Part shown: positions 48,557 through 60,875 of the stretch, in pieces
Layout of the letters: the number at the start of each line of letters is the position of its first letter
Numbering within the stretch: position 1 is the stretch's first letter
DNA from: Squalus acanthias
Lineage: Eukaryota
DNA length: 64,000 nucleotides
Direction: 5' to 3'
NCBI GenBank assembly: GCA_030390025.1
Contig: CM059438.1
Location: 18,538,001 to 18,602,000, forward strand
The notes under the pieces: model-generated
What the model was told of the DNA's origin: nothing
The model's input: only the letters and a program-made list of their open reading frames with translations
The model's database searches: none
Position numbers and translations under genes: made by a program

Positions 48557-49052
48557 TTGCCTGGATGAGTGCAGCTCCAACAACGCTCAAGAAGCTTGAG
48601 ACCATCCAGGACAAAGCAGCCCACTTGATTAGCACCCCATCCACCACCTTAAACATTCACTCTCTCCACCACCAGCGTACCGTGGCTGCAGTGTGTACCA
48701 TCCACAAGATGCACTGCAGCAACTCACCAAGGCTTCTTCGACAGCACCTCCCGAACCGCGACCTCTACCGCCTAGAAGGGCAAGGGCAGCAGATGCATGG
48801 GAACACCACCACCTCCAAGTTCCCCTCCAAGTCACACACCATCCTGACTTGGAAATATATCACCATTCCTTCATCGTCGCTGGGACAAAATCCTGGAACT
48901 CCCTACCTAACAGCACTGTGGGAGTACCTTCACCACACGGACTGCAGAGGTTCAAGGCGGCGGCTCACCACCACCTTCTCATGGGCAACTAGGGATGGGC
49001 AATAAATACTGGCCTTGCCAGTGACACCCACATCCCATTAATGAACAAAAAA
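48557..49052 (+). mobile_element. CR1-group LINE 3' fragment (second family)
   Basis: LAWMSAAPTTLKKLETIQDKAAHLI..IHSLHHQRTVAAV and SWNSLPNS, with a gggcaataaa tail. Confidence 0.88.
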
Positions 49053-49177
49053 GGTGGGTCCAATTTTTTTTTTTTTTTTTTTTTGAGGCCCAGGTAGGCA
49101 GAGGTGAGAATCCACAGGAAAATGATCTCCCAACATCATGCTCACTATTTCCTAACAAACACTAAATCATCTGCTTC

Positions 49178-49378
49178 AAAACAAAAAGCAAAATACTGCA
49201 GATGCTGGAAATCTGAAATAAAAAGAGAAAATGTTGGAAACACTAAGCAGGTCAGGCAGCATCTGTGGAGAGAGGAAGGTGGGGTTAATGCTATAGGTCT
49301 AATACCCTTTGTCAGACTCTTCCACTTTCCACAGATGCTGCCCGACCACCTGAGAGTTTGCAGCATTTTCTGTTATTA
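49178..49378. repeat. Second, more decayed Penelope-like palindromic repeat
   Basis: Same family as 22442..22660. Confidence 0.7.
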
Positions 49379-49404
49379 TCTACTCCAATGTGTTTAGGGA
49401 CATA

Positions 49405-50107
49405 GGGTAGAGTTTCAGCTTTGGGCGCAATCCGGGTACAAATTGCGCCACTTTTCTGAAGTGAAGTTATGGTTCAAGTTTCCGCTCAAACTCATTTACT
49501 AATCACAAACGTAAATTCTTCCATGAACCGGCGCAATCGGGCAGCGTTGTAGAACTTTAATATCCCCCCCCCCCCTTGCATTAAAAAATATTCCTTGCTA
49601 CAGTTAAGAGTGGTAACTGGTTTTGTTAATATAGCGGAAAATGGGTTTATCACAAAAAACATTTTTAATAAGTGTCTAGTCCACCACCTGAGTAACCTAA
49701 TCTTAAATAATTAGCGTGACTTTAAAAAACTACACAGAACCACTTACTAGTTTCATTGGTGAACATCAGTCAATTTATTAGTAAATTAAATATTTAATAA
49801 CTTTGAAAAGGTTATTAGTGCCCTTGAGCCTAAAAAAAGCTTAAATTTAAGAGCCTCTTCGAAGGGCCGCAAACAGGAGCAATTGGAGGAAACTTGCTAT
49901 GGTGATTAATTCGGTCTGGGGGCGTGGCCAGTTTGGTGGGTGGGACTGGCAAAAGAACTCTATTTGCACTGGACGTAACTTGCGCATGAAATTCCTCGAT
50001 CTTTTGCGCTGGTTTGGCAGATGTCCAGCACGGACTCGATGGGCCGAATGGCCTCCTTCTGTGCCGTTATGACTCTACGACTATGTCGGGCGAATTGCGC
50101 GGACCCC
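49405..50107. mobile_element. Probable non-autonomous DNA transposon (Harbinger-like end) with a short CR1 tail inside (50028..50084)
   Basis: GGGTAGAGTTTC terminus, GC-rich ends and AT-rich core like 26796..27570. The right end is poorly defined. Confidence 0.45.
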
Positions 50108-50353
50108 AACAATCTTTAATTTGTCTCTCCAGTCATTCCATCTTACAATCTTCCCGTCCTCCTCCTCTCTGATGAGTATTCCCTATACTCCTTCCCAGAT
50201 TTAAGGGCAGGCAAGCAATTCATTCCTTCCTTCCCTTCATCAGGATTAATGTCAGTATTTGAAACAAGTGCAGCTACTGAAGTTGAAACAAAACTCTCTC
50301 AGAAAGCACGCTGGCAGCAAAACTTGCTTTAGTCTGTAAAATTCAGTTCTGAC

Positions 50354-50519
50354 CTGTAGCATCCAGCTGCCCTTGTTCCAATAAGGTCTCATCTAACATG
50401 AGTGAAGTGTTACTGGCCAGCTGCAGCACTCCAGTAACGAGGCGATTTGCAGTGTAGTCTTTGTGTGGGATGAACCGGAAGGTGTTCATGTTGTGAAGAG
50501 TCATGGGTAGACAATAGCA
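50354..50519 (-). CDS. MCMBP: MCMBP exon (approx. 12)
   Basis: TAG acceptor, GTCAGA donor. [55 protein letters not shown]. Confidence 0.96.
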
Positions 50520-51780
50520 CTATTAAACACAAAAAAAAAATCAGTTAAGAACATGAATAAAAGCTCCAGTTGAGAAGACTGAACAGTAAATAATGACTAT
50601 CAAGAAAAACAAAGCAATGTGGTAAATACCTATAACAATGTTTGTATTGTACCAATAGCTTTAGTTGAGAGTACAAATTACTAGAGAAGATTGGCCTTTC
50701 ATACATACGAGCTACTACTTTCAATTATGCACCACTCCCTCCTGGTTGTGACTGAAAACATCTAAAACAATTAACCTTATGGTGTCTGGTTATGTCCAGC
50801 TTATGCCAAAGTTTTAAAGTCATCACCACTCGTTAATGAGTTATTCACAGGACATCATTTCTCCCTCTTATTTGTCATACTGAACAGTTTGATTGCAACT
50901 ATATTGTGCCGGGACAGGTTAAGCACTCATTCATAGCATCTGGTCCCTAAAGTTACTTTCTCACTTAAAATGTAACAAACAAAAAAGGCCTCCGATTACT
51001 AATGTTACTCATCACACCTATAAACTCACGGGTAGTGAATGTGAATAAAGGCTAGGCTTCCAAATGAAGACTAATTGTGAGAAAGAATATATGAGCTGCT
51101 ATTTTTTGGTTTTTTTAAATTGCATCTTCACATTTATCCAGAATAAGGACGGAGCCAAATATCTCATCATTACACTGTAGTTTTGGCTCACAATTATCAT
51201 AATTATTCCCAAGTTATGATGGAAAAAAAGTCTAAAAAGTGATACAAGTTTAAACACTGGTTAAAAGGACATCACAATTTCTTGTTAATTGGCACGTACG
51301 TTCATACATACGCAGAATGATTTTGTTCTTGGATGCTATTAAGGTTCCTCACCCTCTGATGTTCTCAACTCCCCTCCTGACCATTCCACTTGTGTTTGGT
51401 CCCACAGACACCATTGTCCTCCACCACATCACCCAAGTGACTATTAAACGGGTATAGGACCTGAGTGAAGTTGGCAGGCTATTTGACTAAGAAGGGCATC
51501 ATGGCCGAGCCTGCACTTTCAGCAGGGGTTGCTGGATAGTGAACAGGAGCTCGGGTCATGTTTTTCTTTTCCCTAACCCAAATCAATGTGGCCAATTGCA
51601 GCATTCCTAGCACTACACTAGATGAGACCAGCTAACTCCAACACAGACCCTGGATTGAACAAGGCATCTCTCCCTGGTTTGTGAGATTCCAAGACACAGA
51701 CTTTACCTCTGTGCCACTGGAATGACCATCTTAGTAGTTAAGGTAGAATTTTCAGATGTTGCAATAACTATACTGCAGAT

Positions 51781-52134
51781 GATAGAGTAGATAGAGAAAA
51801 GCTACTCCCTCTGAGGAGCAGGTCAATAACCAGAGGTCATAAACTTAAAATCCTTGGCAAAAGATCTAGAGGGAGACGAGGAGACATTTTTTTTCCACTC
51901 AGAGTTGTCGGGATCTGGAACGCTCTACCTGAAAAGGTGGAAGCTGATTCCATAGATAATTTAAAAAAGGAGCTCAGAAATAATTTTTTAAAAAGGGAGT
52001 TGGGGATGAGGAACTTACAGGGCTACGGACAAAAAGCAGGGGTGTGGGACTAAGCATGACTGCTCCCTAAAGAGCCAGCTCAGGCACAATGGGCCGAATG
52101 GCCTCCTCCTGTGCTGTAAATTTCTATGATTCTA
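51781..52134 (+). mobile_element. CR1 LINE 3' fragment
   Basis: DRVDREKLLPL..TRGHKLK remnant and tctatgattcta tail. Confidence 0.85.
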
Positions 52135-52765
52135 CGAGGAATCATTTTTTGGTTTTTTTTCCACTTCCTATATTTCATTTTAAGAAATTAAACAAACAGG
52201 AATACTGGCATGGCAAACATGTAATAATCAACAGTCCAGTAGTAAACCTTAATGTTGTATATTTAAAATTTTCAATTTTTCCTTCCTACACAGAAGAGGA
52301 GAATAGTAGTACACTGGTTTTCACACTGATATAGTACTGGTGGTGTATATTCTCAATATAGCATTTACAGGAAGGTATATTCCACCATTATATTCAAAGC
52401 TTATGGGCCCTTAGTCAGAATGAGTGCTGGAGAAGACCTAGCCAGAGTGGCACATTGATACATATTTTCTGGCCCTGCTCCGAATCCAAACATTTTTGGA
52501 AGCGATCCAGGATGCCAAAGAGGCCATGACCAGCACTGACGTCCCCTCAGATCCAGGCCCCTGCCTGTGAGGTCTGCCTAAAATGCACAGACCATCACAA
52601 CGATCAGTGTTAGCGGCAGGAAGATGCATCTCCCGACTATGGTGAAATCCTACGTGGCCCACGCAACCATGGCTAACTGAACGATCTATCTTTTTAAAAC
52701 ACAAAGACAGCAATCACCAGCGTCGAATGATCATATCCCCAATCTCCCATGATTTTACCACTTAC

Positions 52766-52883
52766 TGATGGAACCAGCTGCTGAATGGTCCTATGGAGGT
52801 ACTTTGTGTAACTGTTATTCCTGGGGCAGCCACTCAGATTTACTGTGAATTTACCCAGTGGAAGAATGTCACGCCGGGTGTAT
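52766..52883 (-). CDS. MCMBP: MCMBP exon (approx. 11)
   Basis: CAG acceptor, GTAAGT donor. [39 protein letters not shown]. Confidence 0.96.
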
Positions 52884-53018
52884 CTGCAACATTTATCAAA
52901 ACAGGTTACTAAGCAATAGACCAGCTACCCTATTTTGTACAATAAATGCAAATTTCAAAGCAGAAAGATTTACCTCATCCACGAGCAATTTTAACTTTTA
53001 GTTACACAATCTATAATA

Positions 53019-53275
53019 CAGTAAATTCTCGCTTATCCGGCACCTATGGGACCAGGATGGTGCCAGTTGATGGAAAATTCTGGATAACAGAGAGGTATGC
53101 CTACCAATTTTTAACACAAACAAAATTAAAAACCACTGACTAACTTGGCCACCGCGGGAGACTCTGACTCGGCAAAACGAGTGCTGGATGGATTCGGCAA
53201 GATAACCGGTTATCTATTTTGCCGGCTATTAAAGTATTCCGGATGATTAAGTGCAGTTTAAACAAGAGTTTACTG
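53019..53275. mobile_element. Diverged pogo/Tigger-like MITE
   Basis: TA|CAGTAAATTCTC...GAGTTTACTG|TA, with internal TATCCGG and CCGGAT motifs like the 25889 element. Confidence 0.8.
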
Positions 53276-53949
53276 TATATAGAAAAATCTTATGTCTGCA
53301 CATACTGCATTCCTAGACTTCCAGTTGTCACCTTCTCCCCCCACCCCCCCCCGCATTATAATTTCTTGCGTTCACATTTAATACGGAATCCTCCTATGCA
53401 AGTCATACTATAAATTACACAATCTGGCACCTGGGTGGTCTGTGAACCAAATCTCTCAGGTGCTACTTAGCCCTCAGTTGCCATGTTCTATGTAAGTAGT
53501 TTAAAAAAATTAAAACTTTCAGCTTTCACCTTCTTTCCCCGCCCACTCGGACAGATCAAAGTATAATCCTGGGAGTGGGAAATGGCACTGTTGCTACCTT
53601 TAGCCTCTTCATTAACAATTCAATCACACACTTTTTATGAATATTGGAGGTTGCGTTAGTTAGATTAAAAAGGAAGAACAGTTTAATTCAGAAAGACATC
53701 TATTCGATTGCAAAACCACATGTCCTTCGTTCAAAATAAGTTACACCTCTTCACAAAAGGTTACAATTTCACCAGAATTTAAAAGTGAATCCATATATAT
53801 ATATATATATATAGTAAGTGTGCCAAGTCTTAGGGTCTTGCTTAATATCATAAACATAGAATATTTGCTATACTGCAGTTTTCAATGTAAGTATGCATTA
53901 AACTAGCCGAGTCAAAAAATATAATGCAAAACAAAGATCATATACTTAC

Positions 53950-54073
53950 ACTGTGGATATGAAGTGTAACAGGAGATATTCAGCAGCCAGACTGTCCCCC
54001 AGTAACGCATGGGTCAGGAACCCAACCAACTCTGCTCTGACCGTTGACAATTCAGGCATGATGTTTGTGATAA
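53950..54073 (-). CDS. MCMBP: MCMBP exon (approx. 10)
   Basis: CCCAG acceptor, GTAAGT donor. [40 protein letters not shown]. Confidence 0.95.
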
Positions 54074-55058
54074 CTGGGATAAATCATCAGAAAAAGAAGA
54101 GGTTGAAGAATAATATTCATTTCAACTAAAGAAATATTTATATAGCATCCTAAATAATAGCAAATCAGTACAACACCACAGAAAAGGGCAGAAAGGGCTC
54201 TGGTGCACCAACTTTCTCACCAGGTGTAGGTTCTCTCCAGCATAGTGTAGTCCTGATCTCAGATGACTCATAGACAACGCAGGTACAGAGGCTGGGTTAC
54301 TGAATTATTATTTTTTTTAAACTTACACTAGCAGGGATACAAGTTCCAGCACTACATAGAGTGGTAAACAAAGACTGGTTGATTCAAGAAATCAGATTCT
54401 CTGGCACTATAATTTGTTCAAATTGTGCATTTTAAATATCCCACTCATTTCAGAGGAATTGCCCAACACATGGGATTCACGTTGCTGGCTCTCTCTCTCT
54501 CTCTCGCTCCATATCTTGCCTGTATACTTTTTAGGCCAGTTTTTGTGTTCATCACAATGAGAAACGTTAGGGAAATACTGCATTCCCCAGCACTATTTCT
54601 GGCATGCAGTGATGACATCAAGCACTCCCAGCTCAGACCCTGTATAACCAGATCGCAGTTTTCTCTACTTGGCTCCCTAGCCACACAGCAACAAACTCTT
54701 GAATTTTGCCATTTTCCAATACAGCTATTTAGAGGCCCTCAATTGAAAAAAAAAAATCGCTAATTACTGTTTATTTGTAGGCAGTTCTGTGCTCTGTGTC
54801 TTTCCCAATAGGAACTGGTTTGAGACAGCACAAAATAACCCAAGACCATTATAACAAAATCTCCACGTTGTGGGTTGTATCTTCGGCCGACAGAGAATCT
54901 GAGCTTGGGGGTCTCAGACAGGGTGATAAACATCTTTACTTCCTACCATTCTTTCCCAAAGTAAAAGTCTGCGCACAACACATTCTACAACCAAACATCC
55001 GAGACACACACACGCACCACGAACAAATAAACACAGCTATATGGAAAGTTGGACTCAC

Positions 55059-55237
55059 AGTCCTTGTTATCTTTATCTTTCAGGGTGATGGGAAGGAAAG
55101 GATTAACATGCTGCAGTTTGCGAGTCACGATGGCGTGAAGTCTTGGAACCAATGAAGGTGGAGGACTGTGAACACGTTGCTCTTCCATAGTGTCCATACA
55201 CTCAGTTGGATCCAAGATTGACGAACCGTCCTTTGCA
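55059..55237 (-). CDS. MCMBP: MCMBP exon (approx. 9)
   Basis: TACAG acceptor, GTGAGT donor. [59 protein letters not shown]. Confidence 0.94.
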
Positions 55238-55929
55238 CTGTATCCATGGTAAAAGGAAAATAAACTCACAGTAACCATCACTTCAGTGAAGTGAAGCCGC
55301 AAACGTCAGACTTATGTCTTTGTCTCTTTAATATAACTGCAAGATGTTAAATACATGCTGTAAAAAAAAAGCTCTTTGTTCCTTCTATTTCACAGCACTG
55401 AGTGGAATAGTGCAGGTTGCACTGCACTGAATTACTCCACGAGAAAATTTCAATTGAATGAGAAACTAATTCAAACAGGAACCAAAGAACTGGGATGGTC
55501 ATTTCACAGCTAAACACACAATGTGCATGGTTCTGTGGTCCTCAAGCTATGGTCCTGGTTCACAGCTGTGAAAACTAATAAAACAGTTACCGTAGTCACT
55601 GCAGAACACAAATATAGTAAGTTTGCATTCTGAATACAACATTTATTTTATACAAGGTTAAGCACAGACCTTTAACAGCTCAATTAATTCAATCACTCTG
55701 CATAGTAACTAATAAAATAGTACGAATTGCTCAGATAAGATACAGACAACATATTACATTCAAATTTGTGTATGAAGAGAAACAGACTGATACTTGAGCT
55801 CCTTAAAAACAAGAAACCCCTTTAATTTCTGTGGTAAGACTGAATGTTGCACGCTAAAAAAGTATGTAAAAATTGAAGAGGTGCAATGGCACACTGAACA
55901 GTTCTAGTACTAGTGACCGAATGTCTTAC

Positions 55930-56027
55930 CTCTCATCATTTATTACACCAAGTGCTGGATCCACTGATAAAATCCCATAAACCTCCAGCATATCATTCAC
56001 TTTGAAACCATCCCAGTCCTCATAGAC
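55930..56027 (-). CDS. MCMBP: MCMBP exon (approx. 8)
   Basis: CAG acceptor, GTAAGA donor. [32 protein letters not shown]. Confidence 0.96.
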
Positions 56028-56227
56028 CTGCCAAATAAAGAGAATAAAACATTAATGGACAAACATTCGGAACAGAATAATGCATGACTGAAGCAAGTAT
56101 CCAGTATCAACATGGGCTTTTAATTAAAATGTACTAAGTTACATGATTGCCTAACAACCCAAGGGGGGAAATAATTGAAAAATTACTGCACAAGCTCCAT
56201 TATTTTGGGGAAATAATTTAATATTTT

Positions 56228-56775
56228 GAGCTGGAGTACGGTGTCCAATTCTGGGCCACACACTTTAGGAAGGATGGGTGTCAAGGCCTTAGAGAGGGTG
56301 CAGAGGAGATTTACTAGAATGGTATCAGGGATGCAGGACTTCAGTTATGTGGAGAGACTAGAGAAGCTGGGGCTGTTCTCCTTAGGGCAGAGGCGGTTAA
56401 AGGGAGATTTAATAGCGGTGTTCAAAATCATAAAGGGTTTTGATGGAGTAAATAAGGAGAAACTGTTTGAAGAGGCAGAAGAAACGGTAACCAGAAGACA
56501 CAGATTTAAGAAAATTGCCAAAGGATCCAGAGGCGAGATGAGGAGAAATATTTTTTACACAGCGAGTATTTATGATCTGAAATACACTGCCTGAAAGGGT
56601 GGTGGAAGCAGATTCAATAATAATTTTCAAAAGGGAATTGGATAAATACTTGAAGGGGAAAAATTTGCAGGGCTATGAAGAAAGGGCAGAGTGAGACTAA
56701 TTGGATAACTCTTTCAAAGAGCAGACACAGGCACGATGGGCTGAATGGCCTCTTTCTGTGTTGTATCATTCCATA
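56228..56775 (+). mobile_element. CR1 LINE 3' fragment
   Basis: ALERVQRRFTRMV..YVERLEKLGLFSL..RRLKGDLI, followed by the CR1 3' UTR. Confidence 0.9.
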
Positions 56776-57669
56776 ATTGTATTAGATGCACCATTACTTG
56801 AACAAGTACAATATCCTTACTTACTGAATGTGGTAATCATGGTATTTATGCAAGAGGAAAACTAGTGAGCTGCTTCTGCACCCTCTGACGGATATGCAGA
56901 AAAGGGCTTGTAAAATTAGTTCACAGCAAGTGTATTTTGATTTGTTAAATCACTGAACTCATCAAAACAGATTTCCACCATGAATGGTTAGCAACAGATT
57001 TTGAGGAAGGGTAAACTTCCATATCAGATCTCTGCATCCGATGTCTTCAAGTACATTTGACAGGATATTAGGGGCGAAAGATCTCTGTGGCAACTTTGGT
57101 GGCTACTCTTGGGGTCAAATTAGGGAATTTTAAAAATATAGCATTAGCAAAGCTGATCAGCATCCTGAGAGACAGAGAGAGCTCTATCTGCTTCCACACT
57201 TATTTACAAAGTGTTTGTGTAATATCCAAATGCAGCACATTAGATCATCTTCCCCTCCCCCAAAGTTTCAAGAAAGATTTGAGCAGTTACTTTAAAAAAA
57301 AAATCTAAAAACTCAACACGAGGTTTTTTTCTTTGAATTTAGTCAGTCAAGACACAAAACTGAGTTTTGGAAAATTGCAATGTACACAGCAGGCAATGTG
57401 CTAAAAAACACGTTGTTGCTCAATTTAAATGAATGTAATCGTCATGACAAACTTAAGAAAATGCCCGACATTCCCTAACAATGTGTAATTTTTGCCGTAT
57501 AACAGGATCTATGACTGTTTAAAAAAAAAAAAATTGGAAACAGTTTCTACGTGTATTCTGTAATATTTGAAAAAACATTACTTCATAGAAATCTATCCCT
57601 ATGCTTACTGATGTTACCAAAGCAGTACACAGGCATCATACATGCCATCCTCCACAAAAACATTACTAC

Positions 57670-57818
57670 CTTCACAAGGCATGCAGGCCCTTTCTCTCCT
57701 GGTAATGGGAAGTTGAGATCAATCGACGTTGTGCAGTTCGGCAAAGTCTGGTGTCCACCTGGTGCTTCCTTTTCAAGGCGCTTAGCGTCTCCGCATCCTT
57801 GTGATCCACTGCAGCCAA
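57670..57818 (-). CDS. MCMBP: MCMBP exon (approx. 7)
   Basis: TATCAG acceptor, GTAGTA donor. [49 protein letters not shown]. The 5' boundary was chosen by frame. Confidence 0.9.
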
Positions 57819-58521
57819 CTGATACACACGTTAAAAGGACAGTATTAACCCCTTCCATTTTGTTGGCTCCTAACACTAATTAGAAACACCCAAAGTTTCA
57901 AATTAATCAAAACAACCAGTAGTGAACAAGAAGTAAAAACAGCAACACAACACGATCTGCCATTTTACAGATTCACAAGAGACCAGATTTGCCTCAACTC
58001 ACCGCGGGTCAGACTGATCTCCACCAAGTGCTTTATTACACAAGCTGAGTTTGGACTCTGCACTTGGATTGGCGAGAGATAGGCTGGACCGTCATTTCCA
58101 CCGTTGAAACACATTTTAGAGAAATGTCTCGAATTTTGTGAAAAAGTAGTGAAGTACAAAAAAAAAACTTCTAACTATTCTGGATTAAATTAAATGTAAT
58201 TCAGCACTCTGGTTAGCACATCGCAACTTTAAGAAAAACAAAACACTTAACCCTCTTAAATGACTGCTTTGTGATACAACAGTAGTTTGGGAAAATCGCA
58301 TCATGTAACTGGTGACAAGGGACCTCTCTCATTCATTAGCAGGACATTAGAGAAACTGGCAAGAGTACTCCAATATTACCTCCAGGAATAAGATGGCTAA
58401 CCTGTATTGTGCAATGGAGACTGTTACCCTGCAGTGTGTAGTATGAGCTCATTACCAGTTCGGCAGCCCTTGTTGGTGAACTCAATCAACGAGCATAGGT
58501 TTGCTAAATAAATGCCCCTAC

Positions 58522-58651
58522 CTGCACACTGCTCTTTTAGTTTGGGTGGATGCATTTCCATGTCTTCATCCTCCTCATAACTCCTCTTGTGCCGACTTGG
58601 AGTGTAGGATGTGGAAGGATTGCCATGTGCTTGGCTGGCGCTGGCATAGGC
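58522..58651 (-). CDS. MCMBP: MCMBP exon (approx. 6)
   Basis: AC acceptor (U12 type), GTAGGG donor. AYASASQAHGNPSTSYTPSRHKRSYEEDEDMEMHPPKLKEQCA. Confidence 0.93.
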
Positions 58652-58773
58652 GTACAACAGCAATTTAAGGAAAACAGCAGAACTACAGATTACTCAGTTA
58701 AATTGCTTGCAGTTATTCATTCAGATGAAGAGCCTCTCGGGCTTAAAAGGAACCCATGTCACCAAAAGGATAT
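58652..58773 (-). other. MCMBP: U12-type (minor spliceosome) AT-AC intron of MCMBP
   Basis: 5' splice site ATATCCTTTT, branch site TTCCTTAAA (58672..58664), 3' end ...GTTGTAC. Splicing joins WVKE to AYAS in frame. Confidence 0.95.
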
Positions 58774-58875
58774 TTCTTTGACCCACTCCGACTCTCCAGG
58801 CACCGGAATACAGTAGAATGTCTGCCTCTCCAGTGTGACGCATTTGGCAGAGTTTAAGGTAACCTCTTGTTGGAG
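58774..58875 (-). CDS. MCMBP: MCMBP exon (approx. 5)
   Basis: CCCCAG acceptor, AT donor (U12 type). [34 protein letters not shown]. Confidence 0.95.
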
Positions 58876-59862
58876 CTGGGGAGAAAATAAATTCTGTAAC
58901 ACACCCGAACCAAATTCAGTTATCGAACCCCCCACCCCAATACACATGATGAAAGGCAACAGACGGCAGCGATTTTAACTTTAAAACAGCTGCAGTCCCA
59001 CATCTGATATTGTTAGTGAGATCATCAACTCATAACGCATTTCAGCCAAGGCATGTGCCAGTAACTGGCCTCAGCAGCCCTGGAATTGATATCCTGCTGG
59101 AAAATGCACATTTGGACACAGTGAGAAAAGGATCAAACGGAGCTGTGAAGCCTTCAACAACTGAATAGCCGGCTGACACTCACCAGCTATGCTGACAATT
59201 GAAGAACAGTCACTTGGGGGAGTGCTGGAATGATGCTGGCACCATGGAACCATATCTTCGGGAATTCAATGACCAATGCCCCTAAACATGAAGTCTTGGG
59301 AGTGGGGTGTAACCGCCTGATTCACAAGTGAGTGTCCTACCAATTGAGCCAACATGCCAACTATATGATCAGATATTTAGTATGGTTATGTATACGCAGC
59401 AATTTTCAAACAAGAGTTGAAATGAGGTGGAAGGAGTCCATTTATAAAATGAAGGATAAGGAACGAATGAGCAACAATATTTTTATAAGATGGGTTTGTG
59501 ACCATTTTACATAGAACACTGTTGACAAGAAGGATTTCTGCCTTTGTTAAATAAAGGGGTATTTGAAAACTCCCTTTGTCTTCGGTATTCAGCCAACTTT
59601 ACCAATAGTGCTAGCTCCATCTACTGTTATAAAGTAAAATTGCACCTAACCATCCCTGTAAATGTTGTTGTCTCATCGAACTTATGCTGGCCAGAACATT
59701 GTTTTTTTCAGGATAGCAGCACCTTACGGTGTAACCCACCCATTAACTGCATTTAAAAGTCAAAAACTTTAAATTTGTGGAATTTAGTACTTTACGCACA
59801 ATTTAAAAAAAAATAAACAGGCAAAGTGCACTGAAGGCGACTATACTGTGGCAACTACTTAC

Positions 59863-59904
59863 CCCACATTCTGCAACATCTTTGTATTTTCCAAAGCGTA
59901 GAAC
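59863..59904 (-). CDS. MCMBP: MCMBP 42-nt exon (approx. 4)
   Basis: TAG acceptor, GTAAGT donor. VLRFGKYKDVAECG, versus human VLHFGKYRDVAECG. Confidence 0.94.
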
Positions 59905-60279
59905 CTATCAAAAACAATTTGACCGTTTGAAACATTGGCACACTAGTTTAAAACTTAAAAACTAGCTCTGAAAAAAACCCACCATACAATATATAATAAT
60001 GAACACAATGTAGAGATGCACATGCAAATACAGTCAAACAGCCATTAGAATAATGATAAGCAATAGTGCACGGTTCAATTACAAGCAGCAAAAAAAAAAA
60101 CATGCTTCCGGGTCAGGTGCAAATACAATCAAACAGGAGAGCTTCCGCTGTCGTGCTGGATATTGGGTGTGAGAGTGCAAGCTGGAATTTATTGGAAGCT
60201 GCTAAGATAGTGCAGTAAAAGTCCAGGAATGACGCAACCAGGGATTTCCGTTTTTAGATTTGTTCACAAAGTAGGTTGG

Positions 60280-60660
60280 TATTAAGATGACCCTTCAGCC
60301 CATTTGATCTCATCCTTCCAGAATATCAACTCTACAGTCTTTGCCATCACAGCATCCAGTGGCTTCTTAAAAGAGCCTCAACCACTCTTGCTGGCAATCC
60401 ACTCCAGCTGGTGATCACCCCCTGCATGAAGAATGCTTTCTGATGCCCGTCTTAAATTTACTCTTCACTGCCTTCAAGCCATGCCCTGCTGTCCTGGCAC
60501 ATCAGAGAGCAGCGTTTCAGGTTTACTTCCTCTATTCCAAATTCCGCTAAATATCTTCACAAGCTCTCATTTAAAAAAGGTGCCCGAGGCTGAAGAACAA
60601 TTGCACTGTAAACAAAACTGTTCTGTACTTTACAACCCCATAAATCTCTAAAAGAGGGGA
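60280..60660 (-). mobile_element. Old CR1 3' fragment
   Basis: Decayed reverse-complement CR1 UTR and ORF2 end (ccactcttgctggcaatccactccag...ccctgcatgaagaa). Confidence 0.5.
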
Positions 60661-60875
60661 GATATAAATGCCAAATAAGTCAAGACACGTATCGATAAGC
60701 AATGATGCCACGCACTGCCAATTCTGACCTAATGAAACTAAATGCAAGATTTTCACATGGAGATTACATTTGCTGATGATTTGATTTGTAAAAATACTTA
60801 ATCAATCCAAACTAAAGCACCTGGAGTCCTCCTTAAATGAAAAATAATCCAAAAAGCAGTTTTTCTTTAGTTAAT

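Noticed and set aside
50170-50195. CTGATGAGTAT..ATACTC hairpin
   Set aside because: Not followed by GAAA; a chance motif.
57829-57840. U12-branch-like GTCCTTTTAAC near the MCMBP intron 6 acceptor
   Set aside because: The donor of that intron is GTAGGG, not RTATCCT, so it is a normal U2 intron.
58720-58752. CAGATGAAGAGCC..GGGCTTAAAA hammerhead-like stretch inside the U12 intron
   Set aside because: Both core halves are mismatched, no stem I or III is evident, and it is antisense to MCMBP.
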